IMG/VR virus record: IMGVR_UViG_3300043443_000158
Coordinates: 1-33,608 of that record
DNA: 33,608 bases
Origin: a virus
Lineage: Duplodnaviria; Caudoviricetes
Direction: 5' to 3' (one strand)
The position numbers and the translations under genes were made by a program. Below are positions 1 through 9,600 of this stretch, in pieces (positions within the stretch are counted from its first letter, which is position 1; every line of letters begins with the position of its first letter). Below the pieces are notes generated by a model. That model had not been told where the DNA came from. It made no database searches and was given only the letters and a program-made list of their open reading frames with translations.

Positions 1-352
1 TGTTATCTATTACTCCTACTGTGTGTGCATTCTTAAGCGCACTAATCAGTTGGAAGACAATAAAAGGAGCACATATAGTCTCACTTAGCCAAAATGTACC
101 ATCAAATCCTTTCTCTACCAAGAGAACTACAGATAGTATTACTACCCAACCAACCAAAGTTTTAATAACTTTTAGTGCCTTACGGGTTTGAAAACCCTCT
201 TTCTTTGTTCCTGCCCATACACCAAAGAAACCATCCAAGCTAACAACAGACACTATAGCTAAAAACTGCTCGAAGTTATCAGCAGTCAACTTTAAAAAAT
301 ATGTGCCTAAGAAGGCACATATTGTAGTGAAAGCTATTAGAAGAGTTTTCAT
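1..352 (-). CDS. Phage holin family membrane protein (3' end outside window)
   Basis: Own translation from ATG at 352: MKTLLIAFTTICAFLGTYFLKLTADNFEQFLAIVSVVSLDGFFGVWAGTKKEGFQTRKALKVIKTLVGWVVILSVVLLVEKGFDGTFWLSETICAPFIVFQLISALKNAHTVGVIDN... It has several hydrophobic helices and a D-x-x-x-G-V ... [EQ]-x-x-S-x-x-[EK]-N pattern like Phage_holin_4_1. The start overlaps the upstream stop (TAATG). Confidence 0.75.
   Translation of the reverse strand, partial: MKTLLIAFTTICAFLGTYFLKLTADNFEQFLAIVSVVSLDGFFGVWAGTKKEGFQTRKALKVIKTLVGWVVILSVVLLVEKGFDGTFWLSETICAPFIVFQLISALKNAHTVGVIDN
294..323 (-). terminator. Terminator-like hairpin inside the 5' part of the holin CDS
   Basis: Perfect 11-bp inverted repeat AATATGTGCCT (298-308) / AGGCACATATT (313-323) with a 4-nt loop, running into T6 on the minus strand (294-299). 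Confidence 0.45.
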
Positions 353-690
353 TAAGCGTTGTAAGCGATTAAAGAACCTGAAGAAAGTGTGATAGAAGAG
401 ATAGTTGTACCTTTAGCTACGCTAACCTTCATTGTTGGAGCCAAAGTAATCCCAGACAAACCTAGTGTAGTCATAAGACTATTACCATCTTGATCTAAGA
501 TTGCTGTAACTACAGCAGATGCGTTTACTACAAAGTACTGAAAGCTTCCTGTAACAGGAGAAGTACCTGAGATAACCTTGCTACCGTTCATACCTGCCTC
601 GGCAGTTACGCTAGCGTTGATGCAACAAAGTTGCCCTTCGATGTGGCGAAGTTTCTTTGATTGCTCTCTGAGAATGTCATGAGTTTCCAT
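352..690 (-). CDS. Hypothetical 112-aa protein, probably a small beta-rich virion protein
   Basis: Has an upstream promoter motif and is translationally coupled to the holin. Short N-terminal helix, then S/T/G/V-rich beta-type sequence ending ISSITLSSGSLIAY. Confidence 0.7.
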   Translation of the reverse strand: METHDILREQSKKLRHIEGQLCCINASVTAEAGMNGSKVISGTSPVTGSFQYFVVNASAVVTAILDQDGNSLMTTLGLSGITLAPTMKVSVAKGTTISSITLSSGSLIAYNA

Positions 691-739
691 AATGTATATT
701 ATCTTTTACGACTTTAAGTCCGACCTAAGTCCGTTTACA

Positions 740-770
740 CAAAAATACTTTTATTTAAAATAAAGTCAAG
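740..770 (-). promoter_or_regulatory. Bacteroidota-type promoter (-33 TTG / -7 TAnnTTTG)
   Basis: Minus strand CTTG-19 nt-TATTTTTG: TTG at 769-767, -7 box at 747-740. Intergenic, upstream of the 112-aa gene. Confidence 0.75.
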
Positions 771-773
771 AGA

Positions 774-3700
774 TTATCTCCTAAGTACCTCTTGTTGAAA
801 GTCAGATAGTTGCTGTCTGTTTTCTTTTATTTTATCTTTCTTTGCTTCCAGATCTTCTATCTGAGAATTCAACGAAGCTTTGGTATCAGAGTCTTCTAGA
901 TAATCCATCTGTCTTCTCATAGACTTAATCTGTTTGTCTATAGAACTGATGTCTCTTTTACTTCCTTTTAACTCAGAATCCAAAGTCTCTATAAACCAAC
1001 GTGGGTTTCTTGACTCGTACTTACGATATATAAATTCTGGATTAGTTACATAGTTTGCAGAGACACTCAATCCAAACATTTTTTCTAATCTAGCAAATAA
1101 CTCATACTGACCTTTCAATGCTGGATCTGGCTTATATCTCTTAGGGTTAAGAATCTTACCTGTCCTACTTCTCTCGATATATTCATCAAACATGTTTATA
1201 TCATCCATAGGGTTTATAAAGTTACCAATAAGCTTCATAGCTTCAAAAGATCCCTGAAGAGGGAGGATTAGATTCTTCTCTAGGTAAAACTCTCCTATGC
1301 TCTTACCGTCTACATTGTTAAGAACACGAGAGTGGATAATAGATGCTGTTCCAAATATTGGATTAAGCGTATTCAACTCGTCCTCAATTAACAATAGATT
1401 ATAAAGTAAGAAGTAAGCACCCCAAACATTCTCATCATCGTCATCATCGGTATAAATCAAAGAGTTTAGAGCCATCATAATACCTGTACTTATAGTCAAC
1501 ACAAGCATGTCATAAACAGCAGACATTGCCTCTGACTTTTCCTGAGGAGTCATAAGATTATTTAAAGCAGCCAAAGAGAATCTATTCTGAAATAAAATCT
1601 TAATTGCTTGGGCTAAAGTTCTAAAATAACCTTGGTGTTCCATACCTGCTCCATAAGACATTCTACGTGTTCCAAATCTTCTTATGAATTGGTAAGTAAA
1701 CCATCCCTTCATGTAACCGATTAAGCGACCGAATGTATAACGAGAGTACTCTCCTTTGTCCATTGCAGAATAAGCTCCATGAATCAAAGAGTTAACTGCA
1801 TTTACTTTCTGTCTAAATGCTGTCTCAGTACCTACAAAAGTCTCGATGTTCTTAATGTTAGGATCTGGTTTCATTACACCGTCCTCTAGCACATAAGCAT
1901 CCATTATAGGCTTAAATGTACCATCATTCATCTCGATTAAGAACTGTTTAGACATAGCCTCAGCTACACCACTGCGCATTTCAAATTCACCAAAGGTTCT
2001 AATGAATGACAACATATAGAAAGGATTGTACCTTCTGCTTGCTTTCTCCAACTCACTTGCATATACTCTCTTACCTGATTCAGTCAAATGATCTTCAACC
2101 ATAATGTTAAAGTATCTCATCTTCTGAATGTAAGGAGAGTCTACACCATCTTCTACATAAGATCTAAATAAGTCTTGTAAGTGTTTAGCGTTTTTAGCCA
2201 TGGCAACAGTTACATCTTTCTTATCTATATCGTAAGTCTTGAGCTGTTCAAAGATGTTAATAGTGCCTGCACCAAAGTTCTTTAAGCTTGAAGGCAAACG
2301 GAGACTAAGAGCAAGTTCTGCACCAATTCCAAGAGACTTATCCACTCCCCACTCCAATGCCCTAACAGCTTTGTTACTACTCATTGTCTTTCTGCTCTTA
2401 CCTTGTAGTTTACGTTCAAATAGGTTAGTAACCATTTTCTGTACACGACTACCTGGCATCTTCTCATTCAATACGTCCTGGATACCATATAGGTAAGGAG
2501 CATTAGCATAAGCTTTCTTAAATCTAATTAAGTCTGTACCATACATAGCTAAGCTGTTAATGAAGTTTACACTCATCTTCTCAGCTGCTATGGGAGAGTT
2601 ATATCTTAAGAATAATCTACGATTGATTTTAGTCATCATAGAACCTTCGTCATCTCTTGCTCGATCTTCATCATTTTGGAAAGTAATATTATCCATCAAG
2701 TTACTCCAAGTACCTTTGATTTGTGCTCCAATTGTACCGAACTTCTTGTTACCCAAAGACTCAAAACCTTCTTTCATTACTGAAGGAAGCTCAATACCTT
2801 TCTTAAGATTTTTAGGAGTTCCTTTCTGCATCTCATTGTATGTAGCTAAGATGTCCTTAAGAAGTTCTTTCTCTTCTGAGTTTAATTTAGAGTACTCAGG
2901 ATTTTGATACTTACTCTTAGTAGGATTCAGTGCAACTCTCTTAGAACGTTTAGTCTGAGTCACAATGTCTTTTCTGTAAGCAGGGTTAATAGTAATAGTT
3001 TTCCAACGGAAAGAAGGCTCATTGTAGCTAATGTACTCTTTGTTTGTAGGTTCAGTAGTCATCCAGTAGAACAAAGGCTCATCTACTTCTACATAAGTCT
3101 GAGCAGCCTCATTGTAACGATAAATCTTTTTGTGATTCATCTTATACCAATCAGTAGTAAGCAAAGCCTCTCTAGCGTCCTCAGTCAATACTTTTCCAGT
3201 AGGATCTTGTGAGTACTTAGAAGGATTAGATGCAGAAAGTTTAGCACGAAGTTCTGCTACCTTAGATGTATAAGCTTCTTGATATGCTGGAGTATATACT
3301 TTCTCTTGCATATCTGATAACTCAGAAAACAAATCTCTAAGTCTTGCTCTATCTTTTCTATCAAGACCTTCTGATACTAATTCCTTGTATGCTTCTTTTG
3401 CATCTTCTAGTTCTTCTTCAAGTTCTGCAATACGAATAGGAATGTTAACTTCTTTTACTACTCCATTCTCTTCTACGGTAACTGTATCTGTAGGAATCTT
3501 AGTTCCATCATAGATGTTATCTGAGTTTTTAAATCCTTTAAGCAGGCTGAACATCTCATCCCAGATCTCAGTAACAGGTCTAATAGAAGTATCGCTAACC
3601 TTAGCTTGGATTGCTGCAATAGATTCTAGAATAGCCCTTCTCTCTGTATAGAATTCTGGACTAATCTTTCTTACAGCATTGTTAGCTCTCCAAACATTGT

Positions 3701-6578
3701 AGTCTTTTTGTACAGCGTCTAATACTGTCTTCTTAGCCTCTATTACTTCTTGAGTCTGTTGTGTAGCTACAGCATCATCATATTCTAACTGTGCTCTATC
3801 TAGAATAGACTGTTTCTTTCTTAGCTGAGCATTGAATAAGTTTTTATTGTTTTCAGTTAACTCATACTTATAAAGTTCTGCAGCATTCTTTTCTTTCTTC
3901 CACTCTCTGATACTAGCAGCAATTCTTAAACCTTTCTCGTCTTTAAGAACACCCATTATATCTGTATCAGACTCTAGACGATCTAATTGTAACTTAAGAT
4001 CTTCTAGTTTATCTAACTCCTCTTCGTTGTTCTCCTCGTCTAGTGATGATGCTTGGATCTTACGCATCTCTTCAATTATCTCTTCCCGAGCATTCTTAGC
4101 TTCTTCAGAAAGCAAATCTTGGATACGGTAGTATTCATCAATGAAAGGTCTTTCTTCAAACTCGTTCTGTAAGTTTACTAGCTCGTCTTCTTTCTTTTTA
4201 ATTTGATCTTTAATCTCGGGAGTTTGATTCTTTTGATTCTTAAGAGTCTGGATTGCATGAATCAAAGTTATCCTGTCATTCTGATAACCTATCTCATCCA
4301 TCTCTGTGTTAAACACTAAAGTCTCTCTAGAAGTAAGTTCTCCTTTTTTAATCTCCAGTATTTTTACCTTACGTATATATGGACCAAAAGTGTTTTGGAA
4401 ATCTAATCCTGTTAAGTTTCTTCCTCCCTTAAGTTTAGTAATTTTCTCTAAGCGATCTCCTAGCTGACGCATCTTTCTTTCTAGAGCAATAGACTCAGCA
4501 TTAGCCTCATCATATAGTTTAGTAAGAAAAGACCCTACAGTACCAGTAATAATATTACCTGTTAAGGCAGCAGACTCTGTATAAAGACTAAATAGATTGA
4601 TATCTTTTAACTTGCCAGAGAAAGCCTTAGCAAGATTTTCTTCTGTTGCTAAGTCATTTAGTTTCTTCTTCTCTTCTGCAATCTTATTCTTAAGATTCTG
4701 AGCCAAAGTATTATTACCTGCAGACACAGCTGCTTCGTAGTTCTTCTCAAACTGATCAATATTTGCTTGTACAGATTCTCTAATAGATTCAGTTTGTGGA
4801 GCAATTTCTTTGGCTAGTTTTTTAGAAATAGCCCTAGTAGCTTTGTTAAAATAGTCTTGAGTAAGAGAGTTAGCCAGAGCTTCTATGTTTCTGATTTGGG
4901 CATTAAGGACAGTACCTGTTCCTGTATCTCCCATAATCTCTGTGTACTCTCTCATAATCTGCTTAAAGTGTTCTCCTAACTCACGAGCATGATAGGCTTG
5001 CCTAAAGATCTCTTCGTCTGTGTGTACTCCACTTGCAGACATAGTATCCATAGACAACTGCAAAGAACGAAGATATTTTGCTGTATCATGGAAGTAAGTA
5101 ACCAAAGACCTAAAAGCTTCTTTAGCATCTCCTACAGAAACATTTTGTAATGCTTCTTCAGATTTGTAAAGTAGTGGTAAGTTAATCTTTACGTTATTTG
5201 CTTCCATAAAGATCTTACGCCAGTCAATAAAATCACCGTCTAGGAAAGTAGATAGACGAGTTTGAAACTCTGAGTTATTCTTTAAGTACTCATCTGCCTC
5301 AGCAATCTGCATAGGACTCATTTGATAATTAGCTCCGTCTTCTTCCTGAAAAGGTCTAGTTAGATTTAAGTCTTGTGCAAATACAACCTGTTCAAAGTAA
5401 TCATCTAAGATCTTCTCTACATCTTCTTGAGTAGGGGCAACCGAAGTCTTAACCTTATTCAAGCCGAGCTTCTCTAGTAAGAATGCCCATATCTTTTCAA
5501 ATATGTTTTGTGCATACTCAGGTTCTGCTTTTTCTAAAAGATCCCTAAACGCAGGGTTACTAAGAAACTCGCTAGCAAATTCATCTACACCAAGCAATCC
5601 GTAGTAAAGATCTATAAACTCTTTATTAGAGTACTTGTTTCTATAATAGTTGTATGCTTGTGTAAGACCCTCTAGTAGTTTACGATCTGTGTCATTCTGT
5701 GGGTCTTTTAAAGCACCTAGAGTAACTGAGTGAACAAGTTCATGAATAAACAAACGTCTGAAAGAATCTAAGTCAAGACTAGCTAGTGCAAAAGGACTTA
5801 ACAATATCTTTTGTTGGAATCTAGAATAACGTCCTATGCCTACTCCATCTTTAATGGGATCAAACTTCTCAGTATAAGTAGCTCCCTTAAAGAAACTTAA
5901 ACCTAAGTCTGGATTCAATTCTGCTACTCTAGCAAGTTTCTTTAAAATCTCTCTCTGGTATACAGGAGTATTGGGGTCATTAACAATCTTAGTTAATGTA
6001 TCAAACACGTCAGGTTTTGCAAGATCAAGATAAGGCTTAAGGTGTTCTAACTTGCTTGTTCCATCAGAAGCTTTTAGTTCAAGCATCTCCAACTCATAGG
6101 ATTGCACCATATCCATAGTCTTACCATTACTATAAGTAATAGGGGTAAGTCTATAAGTACGTTGCCCAATAGGTACACTGGGGTCTACAACTTCTATCTC
6201 AAAAGCAAATGAATTATAATCCTTAGTATCCTCAATAAACTGTTCTAACTGAGTTACGTTGTATTGTTCATCTAAAGTCATCCCATGATCATCGTAGAAT
6301 CTTTGAACTTCTTTTAAGTAAGAAAGTTGTCTAGGTCCTACTTGTATTCCAGACAAAGCCAAGAAGTTTTCTACATCAGGCTCAGGATTAGGGCTAATAC
6401 TCTTTCTAGATTTTAGTAATCCCCAAGACCTATCTTTAGCATTATTATAGACTGCATCTAGAGTATCCTTTACATATTGATCATCAAAGTCTAGTTGGGT
6501 TAACATATAACCCAACAACGAAGGATGTCTTTCAGTGGATATAGGATTGTTTACGTGTATAATACAAGTTTTGCTCAT
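774..6578 (-). CDS. Giant virion cargo/ejection protein (1934 aa) with N-terminal zincin-like domain and C-terminal hydrophobic hairpin
   Basis: HELVH at residues 279-283 (5730-5744), then DEFASEFLSNPAF and an IFEKIWAFLLEKLG helix. Long acidic coiled-coil regions. Hydrophobic segments flank DDDDD near the C-terminus. Lies directly after the RNAP gene, as in crAss-like phages. Confidence 0.8.
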   Translation of the reverse strand: MSKTCIIHVNNPISTERHPSLLGYMLTQLDFDDQYVKDTLDAVYNNAKDRSWGLLKSRKSISPNPEPDVENFLALSGIQVGPRQLSYLKEVQRFYDDHGMTLDEQYNVTQLEQFIEDTKDYNSFAFEIEVVDPSVPIGQRTYRLTPITYSNGKTMDMVQSYELEMLELKASDGTSKLEHLKPYLDLAKPDVFDTLTKIVNDPNTPVYQREILKKLARVAELNPDLGLSFFKGATYTEKFDPIKDGVGIGRYSRFQQKILLSPFALASLDLDSFRRLFIHELVHSVTLGALKDPQNDTDRKLLEGLTQAYNYYRNKYSNKEFIDLYYGLLGVDEFASEFLSNPAFRDLLEKAEPEYAQNIFEKIWAFLLEKLGLNKVKTSVAPTQEDVEKILDDYFEQVVFAQDLNLTRPFQEEDGANYQMSPMQIAEADEYLKNNSEFQTRLSTFLDGDFIDWRKIFMEANNVKINLPLLYKSEEALQNVSVGDAKEAFRSLVTYFHDTAKYLRSLQLSMDTMSASGVHTDEEIFRQAYHARELGEHFKQIMREYTEIMGDTGTGTVLNAQIRNIEALANSLTQDYFNKATRAISKKLAKEIAPQTESIRESVQANIDQFEKNYEAAVSAGNNTLAQNLKNKIAEEKKKLNDLATEENLAKAFSGKLKDINLFSLYTESAALTGNIITGTVGSFLTKLYDEANAESIALERKMRQLGDRLEKITKLKGGRNLTGLDFQNTFGPYIRKVKILEIKKGELTSRETLVFNTEMDEIGYQNDRITLIHAIQTLKNQKNQTPEIKDQIKKKEDELVNLQNEFEERPFIDEYYRIQDLLSEEAKNAREEIIEEMRKIQASSLDEENNEEELDKLEDLKLQLDRLESDTDIMGVLKDEKGLRIAASIREWKKEKNAAELYKYELTENNKNLFNAQLRKKQSILDRAQLEYDDAVATQQTQEVIEAKKTVLDAVQKDYNVWRANNAVRKISPEFYTERRAILESIAAIQAKVSDTSIRPVTEIWDEMFSLLKGFKNSDNIYDGTKIPTDTVTVEENGVVKEVNIPIRIAELEEELEDAKEAYKELVSEGLDRKDRARLRDLFSELSDMQEKVYTPAYQEAYTSKVAELRAKLSASNPSKYSQDPTGKVLTEDAREALLTTDWYKMNHKKIYRYNEAAQTYVEVDEPLFYWMTTEPTNKEYISYNEPSFRWKTITINPAYRKDIVTQTKRSKRVALNPTKSKYQNPEYSKLNSEEKELLKDILATYNEMQKGTPKNLKKGIELPSVMKEGFESLGNKKFGTIGAQIKGTWSNLMDNITFQNDEDRARDDEGSMMTKINRRLFLRYNSPIAAEKMSVNFINSLAMYGTDLIRFKKAYANAPYLYGIQDVLNEKMPGSRVQKMVTNLFERKLQGKSRKTMSSNKAVRALEWGVDKSLGIGAELALSLRLPSSLKNFGAGTINIFEQLKTYDIDKKDVTVAMAKNAKHLQDLFRSYVEDGVDSPYIQKMRYFNIMVEDHLTESGKRVYASELEKASRRYNPFYMLSFIRTFGEFEMRSGVAEAMSKQFLIEMNDGTFKPIMDAYVLEDGVMKPDPNIKNIETFVGTETAFRQKVNAVNSLIHGAYSAMDKGEYSRYTFGRLIGYMKGWFTYQFIRRFGTRRMSYGAGMEHQGYFRTLAQAIKILFQNRFSLAALNNLMTPQEKSEAMSAVYDMLVLTISTGIMMALNSLIYTDDDDDENVWGAYFLLYNLLLIEDELNTLNPIFGTASIIHSRVLNNVDGKSIGEFYLEKNLILPLQGSFEAMKLIGNFINPMDDINMFDEYIERSRTGKILNPKRYKPDPALKGQYELFARLEKMFGLSVSANYVTNPEFIYRKYESRNPRWFIETLDSELKGSKRDISSIDKQIKSMRRQMDYLEDSDTKASLNSQIEDLEAKKDKIKENRQQLSDFQQEVLRR

Positions 6579-6596
6579 TTCAAGTTTTTAGTATTT

Positions 6597-6625
6597 CAAA
6601 TATAAGTTAATTTCCAGTTTTGCAG
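6597..6625 (-). promoter_or_regulatory. Bacteroidota-type -7 promoter box upstream of the 1934-aa gene
   Basis: TATATTTG at 6604-6597 in the 28-nt intergenic gap. The -33 box is degenerate (CTG, 18 nt upstream). Confidence 0.55.
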
Positions 6626-9600
6626 CGAACAGTTTCTGAGTCTGTCTTAGAGGGAGTAGAAGTCTTAGGTGCTCTAGCAATAGTCATCTGAGTAGATTCT
6701 ATTACGGGAGCATTTAAACTGTCCTCTTGATAGAACTCGTCTGCATCGTAAACATCAGGATCTCCAGTAAACTCATCTTGTTCTCCAGGTAAAAGATCTG
6801 TAGTGTTAACAGGTTCTCGTTTAGCAACTTCTTCTTTGGTGTATAAAGGAAAGAATTTATCTACTTCATTTTTTGGCTTCCCTTCATTTAACTTTATAGA
6901 AATAGTAATATGATCTGTTAACAAGCTAGCTATTGGTGAGTTAAATTTATCTTCCGCTTCATTGTAGGAAGTCTTCATCGCTTTGAGAGTCTCAGATAAA
7001 CCTGCTGCTACATCAATATAAGATTGAATAGGTAGATAAGGTTGGATACTTCTATAACGAATGTTGAATCCTTGACTCACAATGGTTGCATTAGCCACAT
7101 CACTAAAGAACTGTACTACCTCTGGATTAGGGTGATTCAATCCATCCATAAAGGCTTTCTGAACTGCGTCTACTGTATCAGGATCTTTCTCATTAGTCTT
7201 CATAGTAATGTAGAAGCGATCACTGTTTTTAATATCGGTAGTAGTAAAGTTACTTAAGAACAAGTTATTACGACTGAAGTCTTTTAGCTCTTGGTTTTTG
7301 TTATCTCTAAATAAACGAATAAATTCACTCTTTAGATTATTCTTTGAACTCTTTTTAAAGAACCCTGCTTCTCTTCCATACTGTCTATAAAGTGCTCTAG
7401 TCTTATCTGTTCCATACTCTTGGATAAGAAGATGCATGAAACCATTAAATACAGTGTTAACTTCTTTAAGTTTCTTTTCTGTACCCCAGAAAGTCTTACT
7501 CTTTAACCACTCTTGTATGTTATCTTGTATTACAGGAAGACTGACTACATCAAACAACTGACCAGAGATAGTTAAAGCATCGTCAACAATATTAAATGGA
7601 GACACTACACTGTTGTTAAGGATCTTATCTACAGCATCATCGTTAAATTTATTTCTTGCTTCCTGTACTCCATACTGGTTACTGAAGAAATCTGTAATAC
7701 TTCTGTAGGAATTTGTGTTAAAGTCGACATTTGCAGTAAGTTTAAGCAAACTATCATTCTGTTCTTTAACAATCATATACTGGGTCAAGAAAGCTACCTG
7801 AGCTGCTAACTGAGATTGAGCTTCTCTGTCTCCCTTTTTTGCAGTCTCATTAATAGCATCAAATGCTTTACGATCATTCCTTACATATGGAGGATAATTC
7901 TTTTCACTAAAGTTTACTAGGTGTTTACTAAAGTAATCTGTGTTAAGAATCATAGTAATAGTCTGAGCCATATCAACCATAGTAGGCATAGATTCTTGCA
8001 TAATAGGTTTGATACCAAGAGTCTTTAATCCGTCTAGGATATAAGAGGTAGCCTTTTTACTCTTCTTACCTAGACTAGCTCCTACATCACCTACTTTAGA
8101 ACTTCTTAGGTAATGTTGAATGATAGGTTGGTTAACAAGAAGAATAGCATCCTCAATAGGAGTACCGTTAAGCACCATCTGTAGGATAATAGGAGTACGT
8201 ATTTTATCAGAGTTGAAGTAATTGATCCAGTCCTCTCTCTCAATATCTACGTGCCCGTTAATGAACTCATTGATTACATCAGAAATAAGATTATTATTAT
8301 CTGCATCAAGGTAACCTCCCAAAATTATTGATCCATTTACATCTTTGTTTGCCTTTAAGTAGTAGTTATTAGATAAGAAGCTATCAGTAAACTTTAATCC
8401 TGTTTGCTGGAATAACTTATGCAAAGCATTCACTTTAGCATCTACGCCCAACGACTTCTTACCTAATGTATTTTCATTAAAGATTTGTACAGAAGTCATA
8501 GGAGAGAACATAAAGCTTCCGCTTATATTACTTGCAGTTCCTCTCATCTTTAAGTACCTATTTGCAATAGCTGGAAGAATAGTGTTAGCATTAGGTTTAG
8601 TAAATCTAGAGTACAGTGCAGGCTCAGACAATACGTCAGAGATAACACCAATCATTCTATTAGAAGATATGTTCTTAATATTCTGAGGAGTATAAGCCTG
8701 TAAACTATTAAGATCTTCGTTAATTGACTTTAGGTTAGCAAGTGTAGTTACAAGAGTAGGATTCTGTTCTTTAAGTTGCTCAATACGTGCGATCAACATT
8801 TTTATACGTAGGTGAGCACCCTCTACCAAAGGATCATCGTAAGAAGCCTTTCTAGTAGATAAGTCATAAAGAACACCTTTTAAGTTTTTGATGTCTTGCT
8901 CGTACAAACCTTTTACAAAGTAAGCACCAGTGTTGTTAAGCAATTCTTTAATTTCTTTCTTTGCTTGGAGGTTAATAACACGTTCCCTGATGTTATTTAA
9001 CATGTCATTAGTAAAGTCAGAAGAATCTACTATTGCATCATCTATCAAGTTACCATTTTCATCCAGCTTTGGCTCATACATAAACAATTTATCTATGTCA
9101 AAGTCAGATCCAGACTTAGTTACAATTGAAGGAGGAACAATGATTACAGGACCTGCACTAGTAGGTAGGAATTGTCTTACTCTAAAGTATTCCATAGAGT
9201 TAAATCCTTGTACAGGAATACGTACACCTACGATAGTAATCTTGTCAGAATGTTCCGCTACCCAAGCATCGTCCATCAATGCTAAGTTTAATCTATCTAG
9301 AGTTCCAATACGTTGTCCTTCAAACTCTAAGTTAAGTAAGGCCTGATGCTTTTTAGGATTAAAAGAGATTTTAATATCTGCAGGTTGAGTCTTTCCGTTT
9401 TGTACACGGTAATCTCTTAAACCTGAAGTTCCATGTTTAGCTACTTGTTCTGCAGTAGGTTTAGTAAAGCGAGTCCCTAAGTTATTGAATCCAGAAGAAG
9501 CCAATTGAATGTACGCCTCACCAAACATCTTAGGTCTGAGTACACGCTTAGACAAAGCAGAAGTAATCACACTTTCTACTAGGTTACGTTGTGCAGAACC

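Noticed and set aside
747-780. AT-rich dyad in the promoter spacer and GAGAT-T-ATCTC around the 1934-aa stop
   Set aside because: Stems are weak or have a 1-nt loop, so they are not credible as a terminator or a third stop-in-loop hairpin.
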